64,000 nt of DNA from Candidatus Marinacidobacterium sp. (GCA_965220965.1 OZ244852.1:2624001-2688000), one strand, 5' to 3'; shown: positions 1 through 9,172, numbered from the stretch's first letter. A program made the numbers and translations. The notes: generated by a model from the letters alone, not told the origin.

Positions 1-1
1 C

Positions 2-508
2 TACGCGACGCCGGTGATGCTGGATTACCTGGCGGACAGCGGCCTGGACCGGCTGATCCTGGTCTCGCCCGACGCCGGAGGCGTGGAGCGGGCCCGCCTG
101 TTCGGAAAGAAGCTCGGGGTGGGGATCGCCGTCATGGACAAGCGGCGCGGCGCCGATAACGAAGTCGAAACGATGCACGTAGTCGGCGACGTCCGGGGCC
201 GGACGGCCGTCATCGTGGACGACATCGTGGACTCCGCCGGCACCCTGATCCGCGCCGCCGGCGCGCTTCGAGAGGCCGGCGCCCGGCGTGTTCTGGCGAT
301 CTGCACCCACGCGGTCCTGTCCGGCCCGGCGGTCGAGCGCATCCAGAACGGACCGGTGGAGCGCCTCATCGTGGGCGACACGATCCCGCTCGCGCCCGAA
401 ACGGCCGCCGCCGCCGACAAGATCCAGGTTCTCTCGGTCGCGTCGCTGTTCGCCCGCGCCATCGAGTCGGTCCACGGCGAGACCAGCGTCAGCTCGCTGT
501 TCGTCTGA
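2..508 (+). CDS. prs: Ribose-phosphate pyrophosphokinase (5'-truncated by window edge)
   Basis: VSPDAGG and VDDIVDSAGTL PRPP-binding motifs; THAVLSG; classic prs-rplY-pth order. Confidence 0.96.
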   Translation, partial: YATPVMLDYLADSGLDRLILVSPDAGGVERARLFGKKLGVGIAVMDKRRGADNEVETMHVVGDVRGRTAVIVDDIVDSAGTLIRAAGALREAGARRVLAICTHAVLSGPAVERIQNGPVERLIVGDTIPLAPETAAAADKIQVLSVASLFARAIESVHGETSVSSLFV

Positions 509-537
509 TCGACCCGCGGGCCGAACGCGGATCGGAC

Positions 538-546
538 TGCTAGAAT
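538..546 (+). promoter_or_regulatory. Putative extended -10 promoter (TGcTAGAAT) for rplY
   Basis: TG-n-TAGAAT in an otherwise GC-rich intergenic stretch; no clear -35. Confidence 0.45.
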
Positions 547-748
547 CCGCCGCCCCGTTCGGGTGGACCCCGCTCCTCCCGCTTCGGGACCGGTCGGCGC
601 CGAGCTTCGTCACGGAGCGCGCGCCGTTCTGCGCGAGACGCCCTCAGGCGCGGCGCGCTCCTCCCCGGGTCGCCGGGAGTCTGCGAGCCCGGATTCCGCC
701 GGCGCGCCGTTCTCCTGGCTTCGTTCGTCCCCATCCCCTCCAAGCCCC

Positions 749-1378
749 ATGCCCCAGGTCACCGTCTCCGCCACCGCGCGCACCGCCGTCGGCAAGGGGG
801 CGAACCGCCGCCTTCGCGCTTCCGGCCAGATCCCCGCCGTCGTCTACGGCGGGGAGGCCGGGTCCAGAAGCCTCTCGCTCTCGCCCCGGACCATCACCGA
901 AATCCTCCGCTCGCCCCGCGGCGAGAACACCATCTTCTCGCTCGAGATCGCGGGCGAGACGACGGCGGAGCAGGTGATGATCCATGACTACCAGCTCCAC
1001 CCCCTCGACCACTCGGTGCTCCATGCGGACCTGATGCGGGTCGATCCCGAGAAGGAATCCCACTGGCACGTTCCGGTGCATCTCACCGGGGATTCGGTCG
1101 GCGTCAAGCGCGGCGGCCGGCTCGACTTCGTCACCCGAACGCTGACTGTCATCTGCAAGCCCCTCGACATCCCGGAACACCTCAGCGTGGACATCAGCGC
1201 GCTGGATTACGGCGACACCGTGCGGGCTTCGGCCATTGAGCTCCCCGACGACCTCGAGCTCCACACCGAGTCCGAAGTCGTGGTGGTCCACGTCTCGCCG
1301 CCCAAGCGGACCGAGGAAGAGACGACCGAGGAAGGCGCCGAGGAAACCGATGAGGAGCCGGAGGAGCAGACCGAGTAG
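749..1378 (+). CDS. rplY: 50S ribosomal protein bL25/Ctc (long form)
   Basis: GKGANRRLRASGQIPAVVYG, HADLMRV, acidic tail; start reassigned to ATG 749. Confidence 0.95.
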   Translation: MPQVTVSATARTAVGKGANRRLRASGQIPAVVYGGEAGSRSLSLSPRTITEILRSPRGENTIFSLEIAGETTAEQVMIHDYQLHPLDHSVLHADLMRVDPEKESHWHVPVHLTGDSVGVKRGGRLDFVTRTLTVICKPLDIPEHLSVDISALDYGDTVRASAIELPDDLELHTESEVVVVHVSPPKRTEEETTEEGAEETDEEPEEQTE

Positions 1379-1408
1379 CCCGGTCATGGCCCGTGGTTTC
1401 TGATCCCC

Positions 1409-2074
1409 GTGCGAAGCGGTTCCGCCGAGACGCCACCCCCGCAGCGGGACTCCTGTGACCCCACGCCGGAACCTGGAGAGGCGTCGATTCGCGTCGTGAT
1501 CGGCCTCGGAAACCCGGGACCTCGCTACGACGGGACCCGGCACAACATCGGATTCGACGCGGTGGCCGGTCTGCTCGAGGGCCGCGCCAGCCGGCGGCGC
1601 CACTTTGACGGCGGAGTGCTGACCGAGGTGGAGATTCATGGGCGCGCGGTCTCGCTCTTCTTTCCGACGAGCTACATGAACCGCAGCGGAGGGCCGGTGC
1701 GCCATCTGCTCCGTTCGGAAGCGGCGCCGCCCGAAGCCGCGCTGGTCGTGTGTGACGACATGGCGCTGCCGCTCGGTTCGATCCGGACCCGTCGGCGCGG
1801 CAGCGATGGCGGCCACAACGGACTGGCGTCCGTCATTGCGGCCCTCGCGACGAACGAGGTTCCCCGCATGCGGCTCGGCGTGGGCGCTCCGCCTTCGGGC
1901 GCCGACCCGGCCGACTTCGTTCTGGACCGGTTTTCCGCCGCCGAAGCCGAACCGGTGGCGGAGCTCGTTTCCCGCGCGGTGCAGGCCATCGAGTGCGCGA
2001 TCGGAGACGGGATCGACGTCGCGATGAATCGGTTCAACCGGACGCCCGCGGGCGCCGGGGCGAGCGTCGCATGA
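1409..2074 (+). CDS. pth: Peptidyl-tRNA hydrolase
   Basis: IGLGNPG..Y..TRHNIGF, YMNRSG, GGHNGL; start uncertain. Confidence 0.95.
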   Translation: MRSGSAETPPPQRDSCDPTPEPGEASIRVVIGLGNPGPRYDGTRHNIGFDAVAGLLEGRASRRRHFDGGVLTEVEIHGRAVSLFFPTSYMNRSGGPVRHLLRSEAAPPEAALVVCDDMALPLGSIRTRRRGSDGGHNGLASVIAALATNEVPRMRLGVGAPPSGADPADFVLDRFSAAEAEPVAELVSRAVQAIECAIGDGIDVAMNRFNRTPAGAGASVA

Positions 2075-2138
2075 CCGGCGCCACTGTTCGCCGGCCCCCT
2101 GGGCGTCCGGCCGCGCCACGCGCAGGAGACAGCCTTCC

Positions 2139-2681
2139 ATGAGTGGCTACGAGTTCATGTTCATCCTCGATCCAACGCTGGATGACGCGGCGTCCCTCGC
2201 GGTCGTGGACCGGGTCGAGACGATCGTCAAGGGGCAGGGGGGCGAGATCGTCAGCCTCAAGCCGTGGGAGCGGCGGCGGCTCGCCTATCCGATCGGCGGG
2301 CACAACGAAGGCCTCTACATGCTCTGCTATTTCGATGCGCCTCCGACTGCGATCACCGGGATCCAGAGCCGCGTCCGGCTGACGGAAGGCGTGCTCCGGT
2401 TCCTGGTTCTGCGCACGGATCAGGAAACGCGTGAACGCGATCAGGCTGCGGATGATCGCCGGCGGCAGGAGCGCGCGGCCCGCGCCGCCGCCGAAGCGGC
2501 GGCGGCCGCAGAGGCCGGCGATGCTCCGGCGCCTGCCGGAGATGCTGCTGCGCCAGCGGCGGCGACCAAGGAGGCCGCCGCTCCGGCGCCGGCGACTGAA
2601 GACGCCGCTGCCCCGGCGGCCGCGACCGAAGAGCCGAAGGCTGGCGACGCCGCGTCTGGCGCCGCCGAGGAGTCCCCATGA
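2139..2681 (+). CDS. rpsF: 30S ribosomal protein bS6 with Ala/Pro-rich C-terminal tail
   Basis: YEFMFILDP, RRLAYPI, VLRFLV. Confidence 0.95.
   Translation: MSGYEFMFILDPTLDDAASLAVVDRVETIVKGQGGEIVSLKPWERRRLAYPIGGHNEGLYMLCYFDAPPTAITGIQSRVRLTEGVLRFLVLRTDQETRERDQAADDRRRQERAARAAAEAAAAAEAGDAPAPAGDAAAPAAATKEAAAPAPATEDAAAPAAATEEPKAGDAASGAAEESP
2541..2630 (+). repeat. 3 x 30-nt imperfect tandem repeat in the rpsF tail (DAAAPAAATK/EAAAPAPATE/DAAAPAAATE)
   Basis: Direct read of three consecutive 10-codon units. Confidence 0.8.
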
Positions 2682-2923
2682 GCGAGACCCCACCCACCCC
2701 CCGTCGACGCCGCCGTTCCGGTGGACGTCGCGTCAGGATCAACCCGCTGCTGAACGGCGTGGACCGCGTGGACTGGAAGGATGTGGACTTCCTTCGCGAG
2801 TTCCTGGGGGATCGCGCCCGCATCTCCCCGCGGCGGGTTTCGCGCGCCCGGGCGCGCACCCAGCGTCAGATCCGCATCGCGATCAAGCGGGCCCGGATGA
2901 TGGCGCTCCTGCCGTACGAGTAG
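2678..2923 (+). CDS. rpsR: 30S ribosomal protein bS18 (Cys-free form)
   Basis: DWKDV..L..F, ISPRR, QR...AIKRAR..ALLPY; lies between rpsF and rplI. Confidence 0.93.
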   Translation: MSETPPTPRRRRRSGGRRVRINPLLNGVDRVDWKDVDFLREFLGDRARISPRRVSRARARTQRQIRIAIKRARMMALLPYE

Positions 2924-2932
2924 GCTCGGACG

Positions 2933-3472
2933 ATGCGCCTGTTGCTCAAGGAGCCGGTCGAGTCCCTGGGGGACCCCGGAGACGAGGTGAACGTGCGGGC
3001 CGGCTATGCCCGCAACTACCTGCTTCCTCGCCGGATCGCCGTTCCGATCACCGAGGAGAACCGGCGCGAGGTCGCGTCCGCCCGACAGGAGTGGGCGGTG
3101 CGCCGGGTCCAGGAGCACGAAGCGGCGAAGGCGCTCCGGGACGCGCTCGAAGGGACGACGCTCCGCTTCGAGCGCCGCGTGAAGACCGACTCCGAGGAAC
3201 TCTATGGATCGGTGTCGGTTCAGGACATCTCGCGACACCTTGCCGAAGCCGGCTTCGAGATCGCCCGCCATCGCATCGTGATGGGGGGGCCGATCAAGCA
3301 GGTTGGCGAGACCACCGTGTCCCTGCGGCTTCACCCCGAAGTCCACTTCGACCTCCCGGTCGAGGTCCTTCCGGTCGCCGCCGGCACGCTGGGCGTGGAC
3401 CCGGTCCCGTCGGTTCCGGAGCCGGACGCGGACGCCGCCGATCCGGAACCTTCCGATCCGGACGCCGACTAG
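2933..3472 (+). CDS. rplI: 50S ribosomal protein bL9
   Basis: LG..GD.V.VRAGYARNYLLP, LYGSV, IKQVG..LHPEV. Confidence 0.96.
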   Translation: MRLLLKEPVESLGDPGDEVNVRAGYARNYLLPRRIAVPITEENRREVASARQEWAVRRVQEHEAAKALRDALEGTTLRFERRVKTDSEELYGSVSVQDISRHLAEAGFEIARHRIVMGGPIKQVGETTVSLRLHPEVHFDLPVEVLPVAAGTLGVDPVPSVPEPDADAADPEPSDPDAD

Positions 3473-3579
3473 CCGCTGAGCCCCCGGTGGCCTTCGTGGC
3501 GCGTCGCCGGGAACGACAGAGGCCAGCGGCCCGGGCGCTCGCGCCGGCGGGCCGTTCTCGCCCGGGGCGGATCGGGTAG

Positions 3580-5061
3580 ATGGCTGCGGCGCCCGAAGAC
3601 GCGCCCCGTCTCCCGCACGACGAGGCCGCCGAGCGGGCGGTGCTTGCGGCCGTCGTGGTGGACGCCTCGCAGCTCGACGGCGTCCGCGAGATCGTCACGC
3701 CGGAGGACTTTTTCGACGCCCGCCACCGGCGCATCTTCCAGGCGCTTTGTGAACTGGACGACCGGGGAAACGGCCACATCGACCTCGTGACGCTGGGGTC
3801 CCATCTTCAGGAAGAGGGGCTCGAGGCCGCCGGCGGGCCGGCCTATCTCGTCGAAATCTTCGAGGGAACGGCGCGCTCCGCGAACGCCGCGGGGTACGCC
3901 CGGGTGGTGCGGGAGCGCGCCGACAGCCGAAGGCTCTACCGGATGGCTCGCGGCCTCGCCCACGAGGCGCTGCGCGAAGAGCCGGGCCCCCTCATCGCCA
4001 GGACGGAGACGAAGCTCCTCGAGATTGCCGAGCGCTCGCTCGGGGCGGGCCCGACGCCGATCACTGAAGAGCTGGGCAAGGTTGTCGAGGAGGCGTCCAG
4101 GGAGCGCAAGGGTTTCCCCGGCATCAGGACGAAGCTGCTGGACCTGGACGAACTCATGGGCGGCCTCCGGAAATCGGACCTGATCCTGGTGGGCGCCCGG
4201 CCGGGGGAGGGAAAGACGAGCCTCGCGCTGAACATCGCCCTCTCCGCCGCCGAAGACGGGTACTCGGTTCTCTTCTTCAGCCTCGAGATGCCGCTCCGCC
4301 AGATCGTCACGCGGCTCCTCTTCTCCCGGGCGCGGGTGGATCCCCGCCCGCTGAACCGCCCGGGACGGATGAGCGAACGCGACATCGAGAGTCTCCGCCG
4401 GACCGTGCGCGACTTCGACCGGATGAAGATCCACGTTGACGACTCGGACGTGAGCCCGGTGGACCTGCGCTCGCGGGCCCGTCAGCTCAAGCGCGAGGAA
4501 CACGGCCTCGACCTGGTGATCGTGGACTACATCCAGCTCATGCGCGCCACCGAAAAGGGCGAAAGGCGCCGGGACAACCGCAACCTCGAGATCGGCGACA
4601 TCAGCCGGGCGCTGAAGCTGCTCGCCAAGGAGCTCGATGTTCCGGTGCTCGCCCTGTCCCAGTTGAGCCGGGCGCCCGAAACCCGAGAGGCCGCTTTCGC
4701 CAAACCGCAACTGAGCGATCTGCGCGAGTCCGGCTCGCTCGAGCAGGACGCCGACATCGTGCTCCTGATCCACAACCCTCACCGACGGAAGCCGAAGGAG
4801 GGATCCGGCCCCGACGACCTGCCGGAGCCGCTCGTTCCGCCAACCCGACAGATCATCGTGGCGAAGAACCGCAACGGACAGACCGGAGAGGCCAAACTGG
4901 CCTGGCTCGGCCGGTTCACCCGCTTCGAGAACATCCAGGCGGACGGCTTCGAAGCGGATGACGATCAGTACCGTCCCGACGAGCAAGTCGCCTTCGGATC
5001 CGATTCGGGGCTGGAAGCACTCCCGCCGCTCACCGACGACGGGGAAGACGCCGGGTTCTGA
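3580..5061 (+). CDS. dnaB: Replicative DNA helicase
   Basis: PHDEAAERAVL, GARPGEGKTS, FSLEM, VDYIQLM, LSQLSR, DLRESGSLEQDAD, AKNRNG; no intein. Confidence 0.96.
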   Translation: MAAAPEDAPRLPHDEAAERAVLAAVVVDASQLDGVREIVTPEDFFDARHRRIFQALCELDDRGNGHIDLVTLGSHLQEEGLEAAGGPAYLVEIFEGTARSANAAGYARVVRERADSRRLYRMARGLAHEALREEPGPLIARTETKLLEIAERSLGAGPTPITEELGKVVEEASRERKGFPGIRTKLLDLDELMGGLRKSDLILVGARPGEGKTSLALNIALSAAEDGYSVLFFSLEMPLRQIVTRLLFSRARVDPRPLNRPGRMSERDIESLRRTVRDFDRMKIHVDDSDVSPVDLRSRARQLKREEHGLDLVIVDYIQLMRATEKGERRRDNRNLEIGDISRALKLLAKELDVPVLALSQLSRAPETREAAFAKPQLSDLRESGSLEQDADIVLLIHNPHRRKPKEGSGPDDLPEPLVPPTRQIIVAKNRNGQTGEAKLAWLGRFTRFENIQADGFEADDDQYRPDEQVAFGSDSGLEALPPLTDDGEDAGF

Positions 5062-5065
5062 CCGC

Positions 5066-6490
5066 GTGCCGCGCTCCGCCGCCGCCCGCGTTCCGGTGCG
5101 GTTCGTCTGTACGGATTGCGGTCAGGATCAGTCCCGCTGGATGGGGTACTGCCCGTCCTGCGGAAGCCGCACTCCGCTCGTCGAGGAGGCGGCTCCGCCC
5201 CCGGCGGCGACGAAAGGCGGCTGGCGTGACTTCGCCAGCGCCGGGGGGCCTTCGGAGCCGGTGCGCTGGAACGAGGTGGACGCCGCGGCGGCGCCGCGAC
5301 GTCCGCTCGGGATCGGAGAACTCGACCGGGTTCTCGGGGGCGGGATCGTTCCCGGCTCGGCGGTGCTCGTCGCCGGGGAGCCGGGCGCCGGCAAGAGCAC
5401 CCTCCTGCTCCAGCTCGCTGCGGCCGCCGCCGAAGGAACGACGCGTGCGGGCGGCCCGGAGTCCGGGCATCCTGTTCTCTATGTCAGCGGCGAGGAGTCC
5501 GAGAAGCAGCTCAAGCTCCGGGGCGACCGGCTGGGGCTCCACCCGGACAACCTGGTCCTCTACTGCGAGACCGCGGTCCCGAGCATCCTCGAGGCCGCCA
5601 GGCGGCTTCGCCCCGGTCTGCTGATCCTCGACTCGGTCCAGTGCGTTCACGCCCCCGAGGTCAGCGGAGCGCCCGGGACCGTGGCGCAGGTCCGCGAGGC
5701 GGCCGCCGCGCTCGTGGTCTACGCCAAGTCCAGCGGGAGCCCGGTCTTTCTGATCGGCCATGTGAACAAGGAAGGCTCGATCGCCGGTCCGCGCACCCTC
5801 GAGCACCTCGTTGACACCGTGCTCCACTTCGAGGGGGACCGCCGCCAGTCGCATCGGCTGCTTCGGGCGGTCAAGAACCGCTTCGGGGCCGCCGGCGAGC
5901 TGGGCGTCTTCGAGATGACCGGCAAGGGACTGGCGCCGGTCGCGAACCCCTCGCGGCTGTTTCTCGGTTCGGGAGCGCGCGGACCGGGCTCCGCCGTGGT
6001 CTGCACCCTCGAGGGGAACCGGCCGCTGCTCGCCGAGATCCAGGCGCTGCTCGCGGAGAGCCCGCTCGCCTACCCCCGGCGCGTCACCGTCGGCTTCGAC
6101 AGCGGGCGGCTTGCGGTCCTGCTCGCGGTCCTCGAGACCACGCTCGGCCGCGGTTTCGGCCGCTCCGATGTCTACGTCTCGGTGGGGGGCGGGCTGAGCG
6201 TCACCGAGCCCGCCGCCGATCTCGGGCTGCTCGCGGCGGTCGTCTCGCGCCACCGCGGGGAGCCGGCCCCCGAGGACGCGGTGTTCCTCGGTGAGATCGG
6301 CCTCTCCGGCGAGGTGCGCCCGGTCCATCGCGTCGCCGATCGTCTCCGGGAGGCCTCCCGCCTCGGCATCCGCCGGGCCGTCCTGAACCCGGAGGGCCTG
6401 CGGGACGGCGAGCGTCCCCGGAAGATGGAGATCCTGGCCTGCCAGACTCTCGACGAGGCCTTCGAGCCGGTCTTCGGGAGAAGCCGGTGA
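5066..6490 (+). CDS. radA: DNA repair protein RadA/Sms
   Basis: CTDCG...CPSC zinc finger, GEPGAGKSTL, KNRFG, Lon-like C-terminal domain; start set at GTG 5066. Confidence 0.96.
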   Translation: MPRSAAARVPVRFVCTDCGQDQSRWMGYCPSCGSRTPLVEEAAPPPAATKGGWRDFASAGGPSEPVRWNEVDAAAAPRRPLGIGELDRVLGGGIVPGSAVLVAGEPGAGKSTLLLQLAAAAAEGTTRAGGPESGHPVLYVSGEESEKQLKLRGDRLGLHPDNLVLYCETAVPSILEAARRLRPGLLILDSVQCVHAPEVSGAPGTVAQVREAAAALVVYAKSSGSPVFLIGHVNKEGSIAGPRTLEHLVDTVLHFEGDRRQSHRLLRAVKNRFGAAGELGVFEMTGKGLAPVANPSRLFLGSGARGPGSAVVCTLEGNRPLLAEIQALLAESPLAYPRRVTVGFDSGRLAVLLAVLETTLGRGFGRSDVYVSVGGGLSVTEPAADLGLLAAVVSRHRGEPAPEDAVFLGEIGLSGEVRPVHRVADRLREASRLGIRRAVLNPEGLRDGERPRKMEILACQTLDEAFEPVFGRSR

Positions 6491-7773
6491 CCTCGGCGCC
6501 CCCCCGGGTCGGCGCCGTCGTCGTGGCGGGCGGCGCCGGTCGCCGCTTCGGCGCCGAAGACAATGTTCCGAAGCAGTTCCGCCTGCTGGACGGTCGTCCG
6601 GTTGCGGTCCGGGCGGTGGACGCGGTGCTGGCGCACCCCTCGGTGGAGCGCGTCGTCCTCGTGCTTCCCGAGGAGGGGTTCGACCGCTGGCGGGACCTGG
6701 TGGCGCCATGCCTCGAGCGCGTTCCATCACCGCGGCGGGTCCGGTTCGTCCCCGGCGGGCGAACCCGGCAGGAGTCCTCGTGGCGCGGACTCGCCGCTCT
6801 GGACGAGGAATTTCCCGGTGGCGACGAGGGCGCGACCGACCTGGCGCTGGTGCACGACGCCGCGCGGCCCGGCGCGCCTCCCGACCTCGTGGAGCGGGTC
6901 GTCGCCGCGGCCGCGGCTCACGGGGCGGCGGTCCCGGTCGTGCGTCCGGCGGACACGCTCTGGCGCCTGGCGCCGGAAGGAACCGCCGACGGACGCCTCG
7001 ACCGGGCCGCCGTGGTCGCCGCCCAGACTCCCCAGGGCTTCCGGCGGGCGCTCCTGCGGGAAGCGCTCCGGAGCGCCGAGGCCGCCGGCTTCGAGGGGAC
7101 CGACGAGGCTTCGGCGGTGCGACGCGCCGGCCACCCGGTCCATGTGGTCGCCGGCAGCTCGAGGAACCTGAAGGTCACGACTCCGGACGACCTCGCGCTG
7201 CTCGAGGGGCTTGGTCGGCTGACCGCGCCCGTGGCGGGCCCGGCGGCGCCGCCCCGGATCGGCCACGGCTTCGACGCCCATCGCTACGGCGATCAGGGGG
7301 TCCTGGCGCTCGGTGGCCTCGTCTTTCCCGAGATGGGGGCGCTCCTCGGACACTCCGACGGGGACGCCGTGCTCCACGCGCTCACCGACGCCGTTCTCGG
7401 GGCGGTCGCCGGCCCGGACATCGGGTCGCTGTTCCCCTCCTCCGACCCGTCGCTCCGGGGCGCGGCCAGTCGCGAGTTCCTCGCCCGCGCGATCGGCATC
7501 GCCGAAGAAGCCGGGTTCCGGCCGGGACAGGCGGATCTCACCGTTATCGCCGAGCGGCCCCGCCTCGCTCCCCGTCGCGGCGAGATGCGTCGCAGCCTCG
7601 CCGGCCTTCTGGGAGTCCCGGAAAACGCCGTCGGGCTCAAGGCGACGACGACCGACGGCCTGGGCTTCGCCGGCCGGGGCGAGGGGCTCGCCGCGAGCGC
7701 GGTGGTTCGGCTCGACCCGTTGCCGGCGGCGGTGGACCCGGAGCGCGGCCCTGCGGCGTCCCCGGTCCCATGA
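6487..7773 (+). CDS. ispDF: Bifunctional IspD/IspF (MEP isoprenoid pathway)
   Basis: AGG.G.RFG..PKQF, HDAARP, QTPQGF, N.KVTTPDDL followed by GFDAH, HSDGD..LHA.TDA, KATTT. Confidence 0.94.
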   Translation: MTSAPPRVGAVVVAGGAGRRFGAEDNVPKQFRLLDGRPVAVRAVDAVLAHPSVERVVLVLPEEGFDRWRDLVAPCLERVPSPRRVRFVPGGRTRQESSWRGLAALDEEFPGGDEGATDLALVHDAARPGAPPDLVERVVAAAAAHGAAVPVVRPADTLWRLAPEGTADGRLDRAAVVAAQTPQGFRRALLREALRSAEAAGFEGTDEASAVRRAGHPVHVVAGSSRNLKVTTPDDLALLEGLGRLTAPVAGPAAPPRIGHGFDAHRYGDQGVLALGGLVFPEMGALLGHSDGDAVLHALTDAVLGAVAGPDIGSLFPSSDPSLRGAASREFLARAIGIAEEAGFRPGQADLTVIAERPRLAPRRGEMRRSLAGLLGVPENAVGLKATTTDGLGFAGRGEGLAASAVVRLDPLPAAVDPERGPAASPVP

Positions 7774-8681
7774 GCGCGCCGCCCAAAGACGCGCGGCGAC
7801 GGCGCAATCGCGGTCCCGCCGGCAAGCGAACGGCGAAGAAGACCCGCGCGGCCTCCGGGTCCCGCGGCGGCGGGGCGCAGGAGCGGGACGCGGGGGCGCC
7901 GCTGTGGGTCTTCGGGCCGGCGCGCATCGAGGAAACGCTGGAGCGCATTCCCCGGCAGGTGCGCCGGGTGCTGGTCAGGACGGGTCGTCTCGAGCGACGC
8001 CACCAGGTCCTGGTGCAGATCGCCCGCGCGCGCGGCGTTCCGGTCCAGCGGGTCCCCAACCAGGATCTCGACCGGCGCGCCGCCGGCGGCCGCCACCAGG
8101 GGGCCGCCGCCGAGGTCTCCCCGGTGCGCTGGCTGACCCTCGGGGAGGTGCTGGAGGCCGACCCGCCCCCGAGGCTGCTGCTGCTGGCGGACCGCGTCGA
8201 GGATCCGCGGAACTTCGGCGCGCTCGTTCGGGCGGCGGACGGCGCCGGGGTGGATGCGGTGCTCGTGCCGCGCCGGGGGGCCGCGCCGCCATCCCCCGCC
8301 GCGGTGGCGGCGTCCGCGGGCGCCATCGCGAGGGTTCGGCTGGCGCGGGTTCCGGGGGCGGCGGCGGCGCTTCGGGCGCTCCGGGAGGCCGGATTCCGGA
8401 CGGTGGGGCTGACGCCGCGCGCCGCCACTCCCTGGCACGCCTTCGACTGGACCCGGGCGGCGGTTCTGGTCGTGGGGTCCGAAGGCCGGGGGCTCGGCGC
8501 CGGAGTGTCGAAGGAATGCGACACCCTGGTTTCGCTGCCCCAGTTGGGCGCCGCCCGGTCCCTGAATGTCTCGGTCGCCGCCGGGATCGTGCTCTACGAG
8601 GCGGTTCGGCAGCGGGGCGCCGGCTCGCCTCCGGCGGCGGCGGCGCCGCCGGCTGCCCGGCCGGACGGGAATCGCACTTGA
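7770..8681 (+). CDS. rlmB: 23S rRNA Gm2251 methyltransferase (SpoU/TrmH family)
   Basis: HQG, DPRNFGALVR, GSEGRG, SLNVSVAAGI.LYE; ATGA overlap with ispDF. Confidence 0.88.
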   Translation: MSAPPKDARRRRNRGPAGKRTAKKTRAASGSRGGGAQERDAGAPLWVFGPARIEETLERIPRQVRRVLVRTGRLERRHQVLVQIARARGVPVQRVPNQDLDRRAAGGRHQGAAAEVSPVRWLTLGEVLEADPPPRLLLLADRVEDPRNFGALVRAADGAGVDAVLVPRRGAAPPSPAAVAASAGAIARVRLARVPGAAAALRALREAGFRTVGLTPRAATPWHAFDWTRAAVLVVGSEGRGLGAGVSKECDTLVSLPQLGAARSLNVSVAAGIVLYEAVRQRGAGSPPAAAAPPAARPDGNRT

Positions 8682-8707
8682 CCGGCGGCGCGCGCGCCTC
8701 CTATAAT
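8678..8707 (+). promoter_or_regulatory. Sigma70 promoter for the tRNA-tuf operon: TTGACC-18 nt-TATAAT
   Basis: Near-consensus hexamers about 20 nt upstream of tRNA-Thr. Confidence 0.8.
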
Positions 8708-8726
8708 CACGCGTTCGCCGGTGCAC

Positions 8727-8798
8727 GCTGGCGTAGCTCAGAGGCAGAGCAGCTGATTTGTAATCAGCCGGTCAAGGGTTCAACTCCCTTCGCCAGCT
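8727..8798 (+). tRNA. tRNA-Thr(TGT), CCA not encoded
   Basis: Acceptor GCTGGCG/CGCCAGC, anticodon arm GCTGA-TTTGTAA-TCAGC, T-loop TTCAACT. Confidence 0.95.
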
Positions 8799-9085
8799 CC
8801 GGACCGGTTCGCGGAACGGGGTGGCGGATGCGGGTCGGGTCCGCGGCCGGGTGGAATGACCGGCCGTAGCTGGTTCAGACAGCCGCCTTGGTCCGATGCG
8901 GCGCCTGTAGCGGGTGGGAACGCCCGGTGGCGGCGCTGCGACGGGCCGCCTCCGGGAGACGCCGACCGAATCGGCGCGTGGCGGCGTCGTCCGCCGGGGA
9001 TTTTCCGCTCCCCTCCCTCCCGGCCGACGCACCGGGTGGGGAGTCGGAGCACGGAGCAGTCAGAACGAACCGAGGAGCGCTTCTG

Positions 9086-9172
9086 GGAGCGGTAGCGAAG
9101 CGGCCAAACGCAGCAGGCTGTAAACCTGCCGGCTCGATGCCTTCGGAGGTTCGAATCCTCCCCGCTCCACCA
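9086..9172 (+). tRNA. tRNA-Tyr(GTA)
   Basis: GGAGCGG/CCGCTCC acceptor, GCAGG-CTGTAAA-CCTGC, long variable arm, TTCGAAT, ACCA end. Confidence 0.96.

Noticed and set aside
3580-5061. Intein in DnaB
   Set aside because: Length and motif spacing are normal; no C...HN-S/C junctions
8843-8890. tRNA-like GGTTCAGA motif in the Thr-Tyr spacer
   Set aside because: Could not build a cloverleaf with acceptor and anticodon arms
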